The notes beneath the pieces are model-generated. The model saw only the letters and a list, made by a program, of their open reading frames with translations. It was not told the DNA's origin and ran no database searches. Both the position numbers and the translations under genes were made by a program. A stretch of 64,000 bases of DNA, taken from assembly GCA_017617065.1 (NCBI GenBank), contig JAFZWP010000013.1, positions 89,808-153,807 on the forward strand, given 5' to 3'. Below are positions 10,206-20,536 of the stretch, piece after piece (position 1 is the stretch's first letter; the number at the start of each line of letters is the position of its first letter). This DNA comes from Bacilli bacterium (GTDB lineage Bacteria > Bacillota_I > Bacilli_A > ML615J-28 > CAG-698).

Positions 10206-11261
10206 CTACTTATACTTCCTATTAGCAAGTTTGAAGATTAATACATATACTAATATTACCACGATCTCAATACCGAATAATATCCAAGAAAGAGCTGAAG
10301 CATAATCACGTCCGTACTCAGGTGGAGCGATATTTGAACTAATTATACCTGTTAGCTCGTTACCTGTATTGGCATATATTACGGTAGTATAGATAATATT
10401 AATCGTAATTAGGGGCATTAATGTCGGGAAGGTAATTTTCCAGAACATTTCCCATTTATTTGCACCATCAATGCTAGCTGCTTCATAAACTGCTGTGTTA
10501 TCTTTTTGTAAACCTGCCAGAAATACTAAAGTTTGTACACCGCTAAACCATAAAATTAAAATGATTTTACCGAATACATCTATAATTATTTCTACAACTC
10601 TCTCAGGTAAATAGAAATCTAACATCCCGCGAAGCTCAGAGCTTTGCAAAGTTGATACCGTAAGTAAATCATAAGCGTTAAAGTAATTTAGTAAATTACC
10701 AGAAAGTAAGATAACTGGAATGAAGAATATCATTCTAAAGATCTTAATTCCTTTTAATTTACGATGAAGTAGTAACGCTAAAAGTAATGAGAAGATCAAA
10801 ACTAGTGGAACTACAACTGCAATATCGACAAGTGTAGATATAATTGCTTCCACATGTTCAGGATTATCTTGGAAGATTTGTTTAAACTGGCTAAAGCCAA
10901 ATCCTTCAATAAAGAACTTAACTACATTCGTTCCAGCAATAACTTTTGTACCCGCAAAATCCGCAAGTGCCATTCGTATTGATTGGATAACTGGTCTAAC
11001 AGCAAATAAAATAAATCCCACAATCCATAGCGATATAAACAAATATCCAGCTACAGCTTTTTTATGTTTGTTTGAAACATTCTTTCGGTATTTAGCAAGC
11101 AACCAGCTTATACCAGTATATTTACCAATAAATCTTAATCCTTTACCAATCCATACTGCTAATTTGCATCTAACGAATTCACTAATAACAATATAGATTT
11201 TCTTAAAGAATATGCTAATCTTATCCCAAATCTTTTTAAAGAACTCTTTAATCTTTTTCAT
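10206..11261 (-). CDS. Carbohydrate ABC transporter permease (MalF type)
   Basis: FLAGLQ...YEAASIDGANKWEMFWKITFP EAA motif; AGGAGG RBS. Confidence 0.9.
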   Translation of the reverse strand: MKKIKEFFKKIWDKISIFFKKIYIVISEFVRCKLAVWIGKGLRFIGKYTGISWLLAKYRKNVSNKHKKAVAGYLFISLWIVGFILFAVRPVIQSIRMALADFAGTKVIAGTNVVKFFIEGFGFSQFKQIFQDNPEHVEAIISTLVDIAVVVPLVLIFSLLLALLLHRKLKGIKIFRMIFFIPVILLSGNLLNYFNAYDLLTVSTLQSSELRGMLDFYLPERVVEIIIDVFGKIILILWFSGVQTLVFLAGLQKDNTAVYEAASIDGANKWEMFWKITFPTLMPLITINIIYTTVIYANTGNELTGIISSNIAPPEYGRDYASALSWILFGIEIVVILVYVLIFKLANRKYK

Positions 11262-11263
11262 TA

Positions 11264-13555
11264 TTAGTTACCTCCTTTCACTAAATAGCTATAAGGAGAC
11301 AAACTAACTCCGTCCACATTAACCACTTTATTATTGTAGTTAACATAGATTACTACACCATTACTATAACTACATTTACTAACACCGCTATCTACGTAAC
11401 TATGACTGGTCATTCTTGCTCCAATTACATTAGATAAAGCGTTATTAGTATCTTTGTACATTTTAACCATTAAATCTTTCCATAAATCATATTGTGTAGA
11501 ATTCAAATACTCATAATTTGTATATCTTAAATCATAAGCTTCTTCACTAGTTATTATGAATGATGGATAGATATTATACTCAATCATTCTTAAAACGGCT
11601 AAATCATAATCACTAATATAATTTATATTAGGCATGTACATATTTATTATACCACTAATTAAAATAGATACAAATGGAATAGAATCAGTTTCATAAACAA
11701 ATTTATTAGATTCATAAAATGCATCATAATAATTTGATAAATACTTGAGCAAATATGAATTTGGCTTTTCGGCGCCAATTTTATAACCTTCAATTTTACT
11801 TAGTTCTGTTGCTACTTGATCAATCATTTGTGTTCTATAAATAGCATCTGATTTATAACGATATGAATAAGCCGAATTTAAGTTATCAATCTTTAAGCCA
11901 GTAATATTAAGTTTATTAAACTTATTAGTCTTCTTCGTTATTAATCTAGATAAATCACTAGGTAAAACATAATATCCAATTTGTTCTTGTGAAGACTTTT
12001 GCGTTACTTCAAATGGTGAAAGACCAATTCGCTTAACATTTTTACTGCTAGTTCCATAACTACTTGATACATATGGATTAATTGTATAATCGATACTATA
12101 TCCTTTTTCATCGATGTAACTTGCTAACTTTTTAAGCTTTGATGCTCCACCAAGGCGAATAGCCGCTTTAGCATTCATTGCTCCTTGCGTGAAGTAACCA
12201 CCCCTATTCCAGCCAAGGTAAGTAATATCAAAATTATTAACTTCACTTTGTTCTAGATCTTTAATAATATCTAATGCTTCCATAAATGATGTCATTTTGA
12301 CATAATTCTTACCAAATAAGCCTGGTTTATAATCAAGACCTAAGATTTCTAATCTTAGTGGGATATTACTACTAGCTTCAATTACATTATCAAGACCTAA
12401 ATCTTCGCGATAAGCATTAGCCATACCAACATAGTTAGCATCATCCCCATTTAAGAATGTATAACTAATCGTATAATTTGATGGATAAGGATTTTCATTT
12501 AATAATGTCATTGTAGATGTAGACATCTTTACATTAAATGTATCCTTTACATAATACTTAAAGAAAGTCGTATTGACAGGAATTAAGCTATACATATATG
12601 GATATGAATGTAGTTCGCAACTTCCATAGCCATCTTCTACTTGACATAAGAAGCTTGCTTGATTGTAACCATGATTAACTCCATAAATTGGTAAGCTTAA
12701 AACACCATTCTCTTTTAAGTTATTACTAGCTGGATATTCGGTAAAACTATAATCATCACCATATAGTTTCTTAATATATGCTGTTGATGATTTGTGTTGA
12801 TTATATCTTACTAGCGCTCCAGACCCATCAGGGATAAAACTATATCCATTTATTTCATAGTTTTCTGATCCAAAATAAGGGAATAAGATAATACTTTTTA
12901 GTTTTGAATCTTTTGGATTAAGTGTACCAGCTATTTCTTCTTTAATTGAATCATAAGGAACACTAACAAATAGCTTATCATCATCAAGTCTAAATTCAAC
13001 TTTAAAGCTAATTAAGTAATTCAAACTAGAAAACTTAACATTAGCATCAAAACCATTATTAACTTTAGTTACTGTATTAGAAGCTACAGCTTTTTTGTTT
13101 TCTTTAGAAGTATAATAAACTTCTGCTGATTTAATAATACCTTTACTATCAACTGAATAATATTCAATAGTAATTCCTGATTCAATCTTACTTTGTACAG
13201 CTGCTGTATTAATGAATTCATGGGCCCTCTCATAAGTAGATAACCATGTATAGCCATTTGATTTATCATAGACAGCAATACCAAATGTAGATGACTTGAA
13301 ATATAAACTAATTTTAGAGTTTTCTGCCATCAACTGGTAACCATCTTCTAAAAGGTTTGCTCTTTTATCTACTATTTCAATCGGCGTAGTATCTTCTACT
13401 TGTGTGAAGAAATTACTTGATGGATCAAGTTCGTGAAGCAACTGGACTTCACCACTTGTATCCTTTGCCCTAACATTAATTACATTAACTGTAAACAATA
13501 TGCCAATCATTAACACAATCAAGCAAGTGATAATTTTCTGAATTTTTCTATCCAC
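11264..13555 (-). CDS. DUF5696-like secreted/membrane-anchored protein of the ABC module
   Basis: Signal peptide; ILFPYFGS...GYSFIPDGSGAL, LPIYG, YLGWNRGG and YxNGxxIYVNY motifs typical of this family. Confidence 0.7.
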   Translation of the reverse strand: MDRKIQKIITCLIVLMIGILFTVNVINVRAKDTSGEVQLLHELDPSSNFFTQVEDTTPIEIVDKRANLLEDGYQLMAENSKISLYFKSSTFGIAVYDKSNGYTWLSTYERAHEFINTAAVQSKIESGITIEYYSVDSKGIIKSAEVYYTSKENKKAVASNTVTKVNNGFDANVKFSSLNYLISFKVEFRLDDDKLFVSVPYDSIKEEIAGTLNPKDSKLKSIILFPYFGSENYEINGYSFIPDGSGALVRYNQHKSSTAYIKKLYGDDYSFTEYPASNNLKENGVLSLPIYGVNHGYNQASFLCQVEDGYGSCELHSYPYMYSLIPVNTTFFKYYVKDTFNVKMSTSTMTLLNENPYPSNYTISYTFLNGDDANYVGMANAYREDLGLDNVIEASSNIPLRLEILGLDYKPGLFGKNYVKMTSFMEALDIIKDLEQSEVNNFDITYLGWNRGGYFTQGAMNAKAAIRLGGASKLKKLASYIDEKGYSIDYTINPYVSSSYGTSSKNVKRIGLSPFEVTQKSSQEQIGYYVLPSDLSRLITKKTNKFNKLNITGLKIDNLNSAYSYRYKSDAIYRTQMIDQVATELSKIEGYKIGAEKPNSYLLKYLSNYYDAFYESNKFVYETDSIPFVSILISGIINMYMPNINYISDYDLAVLRMIEYNIYPSFIITSEEAYDLRYTNYEYLNSTQYDLWKDLMVKMYKDTNNALSNVIGARMTSHSYVDSGVSKCSYSNGVVIYVNYNNKVVNVDGVSLSPYSYLVKGGN

Positions 13556-15647
13556 GGAAAATCACCTCCTTGACAAGATCCACATTAAATCCAAACAATT
13601 GTGCAAATACTAAATACAACAAGATTATTACAATTACTAATACTAGCATCATAAATGCAGTTAATAATAAATTAACGATTGTTTGTTTAGCCGAGAAATT
13701 ATGCGTTTCTTTTATAACAACAAATAATAATATTCCTGTCCAAATAAACATTACTACTAATGGGAAGTAATATAAGAATCCTTCATTTAGAGTTAATGCA
13801 TTAGATATTAGTATTATCCAAGGCATAACAATTACAATTGGCATTAATGAACCCATTGTATTGATTGTAATTGTTCTAAATGTTCCTTCACCACTCATTA
13901 GTGAAGATATTAAGTAATTGCTTACAATAAACAAAGCAATTGGTAAAATAATCTTCGTTAATTCTTTTAATAAAATTGTTCTTTCTAGTACTACATCAGT
14001 AAATAAGAATCCTGTTGCTACCAAAGATAATAAATAAATTCCTAATAATAATACTAATACTATTAAAGCATTATAGATTTTAATTCGTTTATCATATCTT
14101 ACATAATATACGGCATCAAATGGATGACGGATATATTTAAACATAATTAAAATACTTTTAACCTTTGGTCTACTTGCCACCTTCTTAATTGGATTAGTTA
14201 TTTTATCTAAATAATGATGTTTCTTATTAGTCTTAATAACTACTATAATTGCTATTATTACTAAAACAGCAATAATGGCTACTATACTAATGTTTTTCAT
14301 TAGCCATAAGTTTCTAGCTTCCCAGAATGCTTCCGAATATTGTTCTTTCGCATTGGCTAATTTAAACTTTTCCATAGCTCCATCATAATCACGTTCTAGA
14401 TAATATGCCATTCCGATACCTTTATGAGCTAGGTCAAACATTGAATTATATCTCAAAACTTCTTCCCAAAGATCTTTTGATTCTTCATATTTACCGCTCA
14501 TATAAAGTTCTAAGGCTTCATGAACTTTTGTGGAGAACTCGGTCTTTCTAAATACTTGAATGGACGATGCTTGATCATCAACTACATATAAATCATCTTT
14601 GCTATCTACCGCAATTGATGAAGCAGATTTAAATAAACCAAGTTGTTCATCACCACTAATAGTTCCTGAGAACATGAATAGAAGGTTTCCTTCAATATCA
14701 TATTCAAAGATTGTTCCACCTTTACTAACAGCATAAACTGTTTTATGGTTAGAACTCCATGAATCCACAAAACTATTTGATACTATCATATCGTTAGTAT
14801 AGAAGTTTAGACCACCGATATTAACTTTTTTAATAGTATCACCTAAATCATTTTGAACTACTCCTTGTGTTACAGTGTAGATATATCCAGAATCATCTAA
14901 CATTACGTTTTCTGGAGCTGGAGCAATCTTCTTTGTTAACACAACTTTTTCATTTTCCCCATAAAGGTAATTTTTTAGTAAATCAAGGAAGTTACCACTT
15001 GAAGAGTTTGGTGCAAAGAAGTTTAGGAATCTATTTTCACTATTAACTAAAAGTACACCATTGCTTGATCCATGCGATACGATATACATCGTATAGTTAG
15101 AATCAACTGCTATCTTCATTGGACGGTACAAGAAGTCATCAACTTCCATTAATGATCCACTTGGTCTACTAAATGTTTTATCAAGTGTTGCTGTCTTTAA
15201 GTTTTTATCAAATTTATAAACAGCTACTTTACCTGTATCGGTTTTTTGATTATCACCAAAATCAGTAACATAAACATATTCATTTCTAACGAATAAACCA
15301 TTAGGTTTAATCAATATGTCACTACCAAATTCAGTAATATAAGTCCAATCTTTATCTAAAATTACAACACGTTTATTTCCAGTATCGCATACATAGAAAT
15401 AATCTTCTTTATCAATGAATAAATCTTGAGGTGAATTAAAGGCATCATCTTCACCTAGACCATTTACAAATGATTTAATGTTTTGGATTGGGTCATATGC
15501 TCCTTGTGTTTCCACAATCTCTCCATATCTATTTACAGTACGCGTTACATATGGAGCACTTGCCTTAACATTTAAGCAAGATATTATAACCACAATCGCT
15601 AGTATAGCGATAAAGTATTTTGTAATTAATCTAACTCTTTTATTCAT
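13548..15647 (-). CDS. NHL beta-propeller + TPR + YIP1 membrane domain protein
   Basis: NHL repeats (FNSPQDLFID...YVCDTGNKRV), TPR-like segment (AHKGIGMAYY), C-terminal HPFD plus 5-TM YIP1 region. Confidence 0.8.
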   Translation of the reverse strand: MNKRVRLITKYFIAILAIVVIISCLNVKASAPYVTRTVNRYGEIVETQGAYDPIQNIKSFVNGLGEDDAFNSPQDLFIDKEDYFYVCDTGNKRVVILDKDWTYITEFGSDILIKPNGLFVRNEYVYVTDFGDNQKTDTGKVAVYKFDKNLKTATLDKTFSRPSGSLMEVDDFLYRPMKIAVDSNYTMYIVSHGSSNGVLLVNSENRFLNFFAPNSSSGNFLDLLKNYLYGENEKVVLTKKIAPAPENVMLDDSGYIYTVTQGVVQNDLGDTIKKVNIGGLNFYTNDMIVSNSFVDSWSSNHKTVYAVSKGGTIFEYDIEGNLLFMFSGTISGDEQLGLFKSASSIAVDSKDDLYVVDDQASSIQVFRKTEFSTKVHEALELYMSGKYEESKDLWEEVLRYNSMFDLAHKGIGMAYYLERDYDGAMEKFKLANAKEQYSEAFWEARNLWLMKNISIVAIIAVLVIIAIIVVIKTNKKHHYLDKITNPIKKVASRPKVKSILIMFKYIRHPFDAVYYVRYDKRIKIYNALIVLVLLLGIYLLSLVATGFLFTDVVLERTILLKELTKIILPIALFIVSNYLISSLMSGEGTFRTITINTMGSLMPIVIVMPWIILISNALTLNEGFLYYFPLVVMFIWTGILLFVVIKETHNFSAKQTIVNLLLTAFMMLVLVIVIILLYLVFAQLFGFNVDLVKEVIFRG

Positions 15648-16600
15648 TATTTAATACCTGAATGAGCCATCGTATTCATAACTTGTTTTTGAAGAATAAT
15701 GAACAAAATCAAGTTAGGCATGAATATGATTAAGCTTGCAGCTGCTTGGATACCTTGGGCAGCAATTGAGTTAGTTGATAAGGTTAGCGTTCCAAAGTAG
15801 TATGGTAGTGTTTTTAGTGCTTCATCTACAATATAAAGTGATGAAGTTTCTGTATTATTCCATACAGTTTGGAATGCTAGTATTGCTACAGTAGCTAGGG
15901 CTGGCTTTACCATTGGTAGAGTTACGTGCCAATATACTTGCCACTTTGATGCTCCATCAATGATTGCCGCTTCATTTAATTCTTTAGGAATTTGTTCCAT
16001 AAATTGTTTTAGTAAGAATACACCTACTGGCATTGCAATTAATGGAATAATGTGAGCTAAATAAGTATTAGCAATTCCTAAATATGTAATCATCATAAAT
16101 CTTGGTACTGCTACCGCAATTGCGATAAACATAATAGCAAGTTGGTTAGCAGCATATAAGAACTTTTTACCTTTGAAATTTAAGTATGTGAAAGCAAATG
16201 CTGCTAAACTACTTAAAAGTAAAGATATAACGATAACTAAAATACTTACTAAAATACTATTAAACAAATATCTACCAAATGGAATATCAGTTTGGCTAGT
16301 CGCATGAACTAAAGCTCTAAAGTTATCGAAGCTTATCCTACTTGCAAAGAATTTAGGAGGGTAAGCATATAACTCTTCAATTGGTTTAAATGCATGCGAA
16401 ACAATAAATAATATAGGTAAGATTGTTAGTACTAAAACTGGAAGTAAAATCAAATAGAATTTGATTTGACTTGGATGGAAGCCTTTAGGGTCAATCATTG
16501 CCCCAAAGTAAGAAGGCCTCTTTCTTCTTCTTTCTTTTGCCTCCATTTTTTTCTTCACTTTGTGAAGTTTCTTGTTTTCAGATTCAACGGTTCTTTTCAT
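15647..16600 (-). CDS. Carbohydrate ABC transporter permease (MalG type)
   Basis: KQFMEQIPKELNEAAIIDGAS EAA motif. The ORF track extends to 16648; the likely start is near 16600. Confidence 0.9.
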   Translation of the reverse strand: MKRTVESENKKLHKVKKKMEAKERRRKRPSYFGAMIDPKGFHPSQIKFYLILLPVLVLTILPILFIVSHAFKPIEELYAYPPKFFASRISFDNFRALVHATSQTDIPFGRYLFNSILVSILVIVISLLLSSLAAFAFTYLNFKGKKFLYAANQLAIMFIAIAVAVPRFMMITYLGIANTYLAHIIPLIAMPVGVFLLKQFMEQIPKELNEAAIIDGASKWQVYWHVTLPMVKPALATVAILAFQTVWNNTETSSLYIVDEALKTLPYYFGTLTLSTNSIAAQGIQAAASLIIFMPNLILFIILQKQVMNTMAHSGIK

Positions 16601-16601
16601 C

Positions 16602-17525
16602 TTAATCATCCGACCTAAATAAATGGTTAGCAACGAAATAGAATACAAGAACTAACATCAGTAATACTACTGATAAGCTTGAGGCATATCCCATTTCCAT
16701 ACGACTAAATGCATAATCTTGCATATGGTCACTAATTAGCCAGCCGGCTAATTGTGGTGTTGGGCTTGCACCCGTTAAAGCGGTAGCAAGACCAGCTGAG
16801 TTAAATGTAGATACGATTGCCATTACAGCACCGAACATCATTTGTGGTCTCATTGAAGGAATTGTAATATAGATTATTTCTTGGAATCTATTCTTCATTC
16901 CGTCCACATATGCAGCTTCATAAATTTCACGGTTGGTATTTAAAATACCAGAAAGCATGGCTAAGAATCCAATACCCATACTACTCCATAACCCTACAAA
17001 TACCATAATGATAAAGATAGTTGTTTTATCTTGAAGGAATTGGAGTGGTTCGTTAACGATTCCCCAGCTTAATAATAAATAGTTAATATAGCCTCTACTA
17101 TCACCACTAAACATAGCTTTCCATACAACTGATATTAATACACTACCAGTTAGAGATGGGCTATATAAGATAATAGCAGCGACATTTCTAAACCTTCTTG
17201 GAAGTTGAGCTAATACCCAAGCTAAGAAAAAGGCTAGCATATATCCTACTGGACCAACAATTAAAGCATATTTAATTGTGTTAGGTAATGCTGACTGCAT
17301 AAAGTCTAAGTCTTGTGTAAACAAAGTTACATAGTTTGTTAGACCGATGAAGTGCGGCATATTAACACCATCATAATATGCAAACGATAATAAGAAGGAA
17401 ATTAATATTAGTAATACTACAAATACTAAGAAGATTATCGCATAAGGGCCAATAAACAAATAAGCCGTATTAAAGCGTCTATTTCTAGCTTTATTATCTT
17501 TAGATATAACTTGTGACTTATTCAT
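16602..17525 (-). CDS. Carbohydrate ABC transporter permease (MalF type)
   Basis: YEAAYVDGMKNRFQEIIYITIPSMRPQ EAA motif; 6 TM helices. Confidence 0.9.
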   Translation of the reverse strand: MNKSQVISKDNKARNRRFNTAYLFIGPYAIIFLVFVVLLILISFLLSFAYYDGVNMPHFIGLTNYVTLFTQDLDFMQSALPNTIKYALIVGPVGYMLAFFLAWVLAQLPRRFRNVAAIILYSPSLTGSVLISVVWKAMFSGDSRGYINYLLLSWGIVNEPLQFLQDKTTIFIIMVFVGLWSSMGIGFLAMLSGILNTNREIYEAAYVDGMKNRFQEIIYITIPSMRPQMMFGAVMAIVSTFNSAGLATALTGASPTPQLAGWLISDHMQDYAFSRMEMGYASSLSVVLLMLVLVFYFVANHLFRSDD

Positions 17526-20511
17526 CTTGTCTTCCCTTTACCCATCTTGAGATATTTGAGTTATTTGGTACTACATAACTTGAATTAGTTGTTCCTTCTT
17601 CAACTAAACCAAACTCTTTATATTTACGATATAGTTCACGGTTCATCTTATCAACCGATTCACTAACCGCAACTCTTACATCCATTCTATCAATTACAAC
17701 TTTATTCCAAATGTTAGATAACTCCCTTTCTACTACATAACTTCCAGGTAGAACTGCAGGAATTCTTGACCATTTAGCAGCAATTGATATTTGTTCTTTA
17801 ATTTCACGATCCCATGGGCTTCGCTTAAGCGCATCTACATTAGCTGGAATTATTAAATATTTTTCCCCAAGACGCATTTGAATATTTTGTAAATATTCAA
17901 CTTGTGTATTTGTAGAATGCCACCATTTTAGAAATTCCCATGCTTCATCTTTCATCTTTGAATTCTTAAACATGATAGAACACTTACCATAAGCTGTTGC
18001 CCATCTTTCAACTTCACCATCGTTATCTGTATCAAAACCAGGAATTGGACTAATTCCCCACTGACCAGTTAGTTCAGGAGATGCATATTTAAGTTGTAAA
18101 TACATATCAATAGTTCCAACACCAATTGGTAGAGTTCCTGATCTAAAGTGTTCAAAGAAATTAGATACTTGAAGTGGCATGTTATAAACATTAAATAGAT
18201 CAGTCATATAAGTAATTGCACTAATTACTTCTTCTGTATCTACAGTAGTAGTTACACCACTTTCACTAAATACTTCGCCACCAAATAAATAAATAAACTG
18301 TGTCGTAGCACCGAAATTCTTATATGTAGAATCAGATCCTAGTGGATGATAGAAATTCATTTGATAACTTTGTAAAATTGGTAACATCTTTAAAACTTCA
18401 TCCCAAGTTGACGGTACATCTAAGTCTAGATAATCTAGAATATCTTTACGATAAAACATTATGTACATACCTTGAGTTTCTGGAATTGCATAAACACCAT
18501 CTTTACAAATAACTGGTGTAAAGCAGTTAGCATAAATATTTGATGTAACTTCCTCAAAATCATCGAACTGTTTTAAATCATATAAAATTCCACGAAGAGC
18601 ATAACTATATGGTTCCCAGCTATCAATACTTAATACTAAATCTGGATTAGTCTTTGTAGCATTGTTTAAAACAATCTTTTGACTAGAAGGTAAAATACTA
18701 ATTTTAACCTTCTGTCCAGTAGCAGCTGTATATTCATCATCAACCATATTTTGAAGAATATCTAAATATAGAGTTGATTGAGCAATCCATACTTCTAATA
18801 CATCATCATTAGCATTGCCTGATACTTTATATCGTTTATCAAAGAATGAATAAACAAATGATTTAATGCTAAACCATGCTTTAGCAAATATATTAGATTT
18901 AGCTTTAGGAAGTTTAGCTGCTCCATCATATAAATACATACAATCAATGCTCATTGGTTCACTAAGTAAAGTTCCAATAGCATTACCAATTAATTGGTAA
19001 GCAGAACCACTTCCTGAATTTAATTGATTTAACTTCAAGTGAATTCTATTAGGTCTTGCGCATAACTTTCTTAAAAGTTTTGAAGCATTATGTAATGTTT
19101 GGATTTCTGATGCTTCTCTTGACTCAGGATTCATTGCATTGATGGCATCATATACAGCATCAACCCTCTCAGCAAATGATTGTAAAATCTTTACAAGATC
19201 AGGAATATATTTCACAATATTCCAATCATTATATGCATTAGATGATGAACCTGTAATTGATGCTACTAGTAAGCCTAGACTATTAATGCCATCCATTACT
19301 GAATATAATTCTTGAATGTATGGATTGTATCTAGATAAACTAGTTTCTAGTGTAATTGTATGTAATCCAGTTTCTAAATAGAACATATATGGATTACCAT
19401 TTGCATCGCTTAATGTTAAATTACGCCATTTTTGGGTTTCAGGGAAAGCATAGCCTACCATTTCGTTAAACGGAATTTTCCCATCTATATAAATGTTCTT
19501 CATTGCATTTAAGCCTTTTAAACTATTTTGTAAATACTTAAATGCAATACTATAAAGACCACTCTCAGTAATTTCTACTTCATATGTATAACTTGTTCCC
19601 CCACGGCTAGATGAAGATCCATCTACCATGTTTAAAACAGTATTCTTATAAGCAGCAGGAGTCATCCCTGGGTCTTTATAATAAGAAGCTTTAATTTCAA
19701 CGTCATTTTTATACTTGAATGATTCGGCTTGAATTGTATTGATTCCGCCTACTACTTTTGCATTAGCATGGCTAGATGCGTAAGTATTATAATCAACCAA
19801 GTTTTCTTGTCCTTTAATATAGAACTTTTCAAGTTCTAATTCATAATCAAATGGTTTGATTGTGATATAGTTAATTCCTTCATTTAGTAAGAAATAGAAT
19901 GGCTCTACATACCTAGCATTAACATCATCAAAGTAATACTTGTATGCTTTATCAATCGATTTAGAGTATGGAAGCATTTCATTTCCATAACTGTTATATC
20001 GTTTGGCCTCATCTCTAACTTCTAGTTCCCACATTACATCAAGTGGTAGTTCGCTTGCTTCATTAAATGGTATTTCTCCATTTATTTTTATTTCAATATA
20101 AGGTTCATCATCAAATGATGTGGCAATACGATACATCATTCCTAAATGATATAAACCTGTAGTCGGAGCGATAACTACCATATTGAACTCTTGATCTACT
20201 TTTACATGCGCTGCTAATCCTTCTTCGTTATCTGCATATTGGATAGTCGGATTTAAAAGCATTACAGCTGGATCACTAACACTAAACTCAGCCTCATCAA
20301 TGTTAGATTTAGAGTTAGTAGATGATAATCTATTCAATGTTTGATAATAAGCAGTTTCTCTAAATTCAGAAGTATCGATGCTTGAGGAACTGCTAGTATC
20401 ACTAGCAGTTACCTCTATAAAGCAAATCGGTACAATAGCAATGATAGCGATTAGCAACATTACTATCTTTTTTAAATATTTAATTGAGTGCGGTTTCAGT
20501 TTTTTATTCAT
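17518..20511 (-). CDS. Large extracellular solute-binding protein with N-terminal CBM6/GOLD-like modules
   Basis: Signal peptide; two IQAE..YxxxxxY..GxNxI jelly-roll modules; C-terminal SBP_bac_1-type domain (YAIPETQ...FYRKDIL...PSTWDEV). RBS GAGGT supports the ATG at 20511 (ORF track 20562). Confidence 0.85.
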   Translation of the reverse strand: MNKKLKPHSIKYLKKIVMLLIAIIAIVPICFIEVTASDTSSSSSIDTSEFRETAYYQTLNRLSSTNSKSNIDEAEFSVSDPAVMLLNPTIQYADNEEGLAAHVKVDQEFNMVVIAPTTGLYHLGMMYRIATSFDDEPYIEIKINGEIPFNEASELPLDVMWELEVRDEAKRYNSYGNEMLPYSKSIDKAYKYYFDDVNARYVEPFYFLLNEGINYITIKPFDYELELEKFYIKGQENLVDYNTYASSHANAKVVGGINTIQAESFKYKNDVEIKASYYKDPGMTPAAYKNTVLNMVDGSSSSRGGTSYTYEVEITESGLYSIAFKYLQNSLKGLNAMKNIYIDGKIPFNEMVGYAFPETQKWRNLTLSDANGNPYMFYLETGLHTITLETSLSRYNPYIQELYSVMDGINSLGLLVASITGSSSNAYNDWNIVKYIPDLVKILQSFAERVDAVYDAINAMNPESREASEIQTLHNASKLLRKLCARPNRIHLKLNQLNSGSGSAYQLIGNAIGTLLSEPMSIDCMYLYDGAAKLPKAKSNIFAKAWFSIKSFVYSFFDKRYKVSGNANDDVLEVWIAQSTLYLDILQNMVDDEYTAATGQKVKISILPSSQKIVLNNATKTNPDLVLSIDSWEPYSYALRGILYDLKQFDDFEEVTSNIYANCFTPVICKDGVYAIPETQGMYIMFYRKDILDYLDLDVPSTWDEVLKMLPILQSYQMNFYHPLGSDSTYKNFGATTQFIYLFGGEVFSESGVTTTVDTEEVISAITYMTDLFNVYNMPLQVSNFFEHFRSGTLPIGVGTIDMYLQLKYASPELTGQWGISPIPGFDTDNDGEVERWATAYGKCSIMFKNSKMKDEAWEFLKWWHSTNTQVEYLQNIQMRLGEKYLIIPANVDALKRSPWDREIKEQISIAAKWSRIPAVLPGSYVVERELSNIWNKVVIDRMDVRVAVSESVDKMNRELYRKYKEFGLVEEGTTNSSYVVPNNSNISRWVKGRQDE

Positions 20512-20536
20512 ACTGAATACCTCTTTTCTTTTTTTA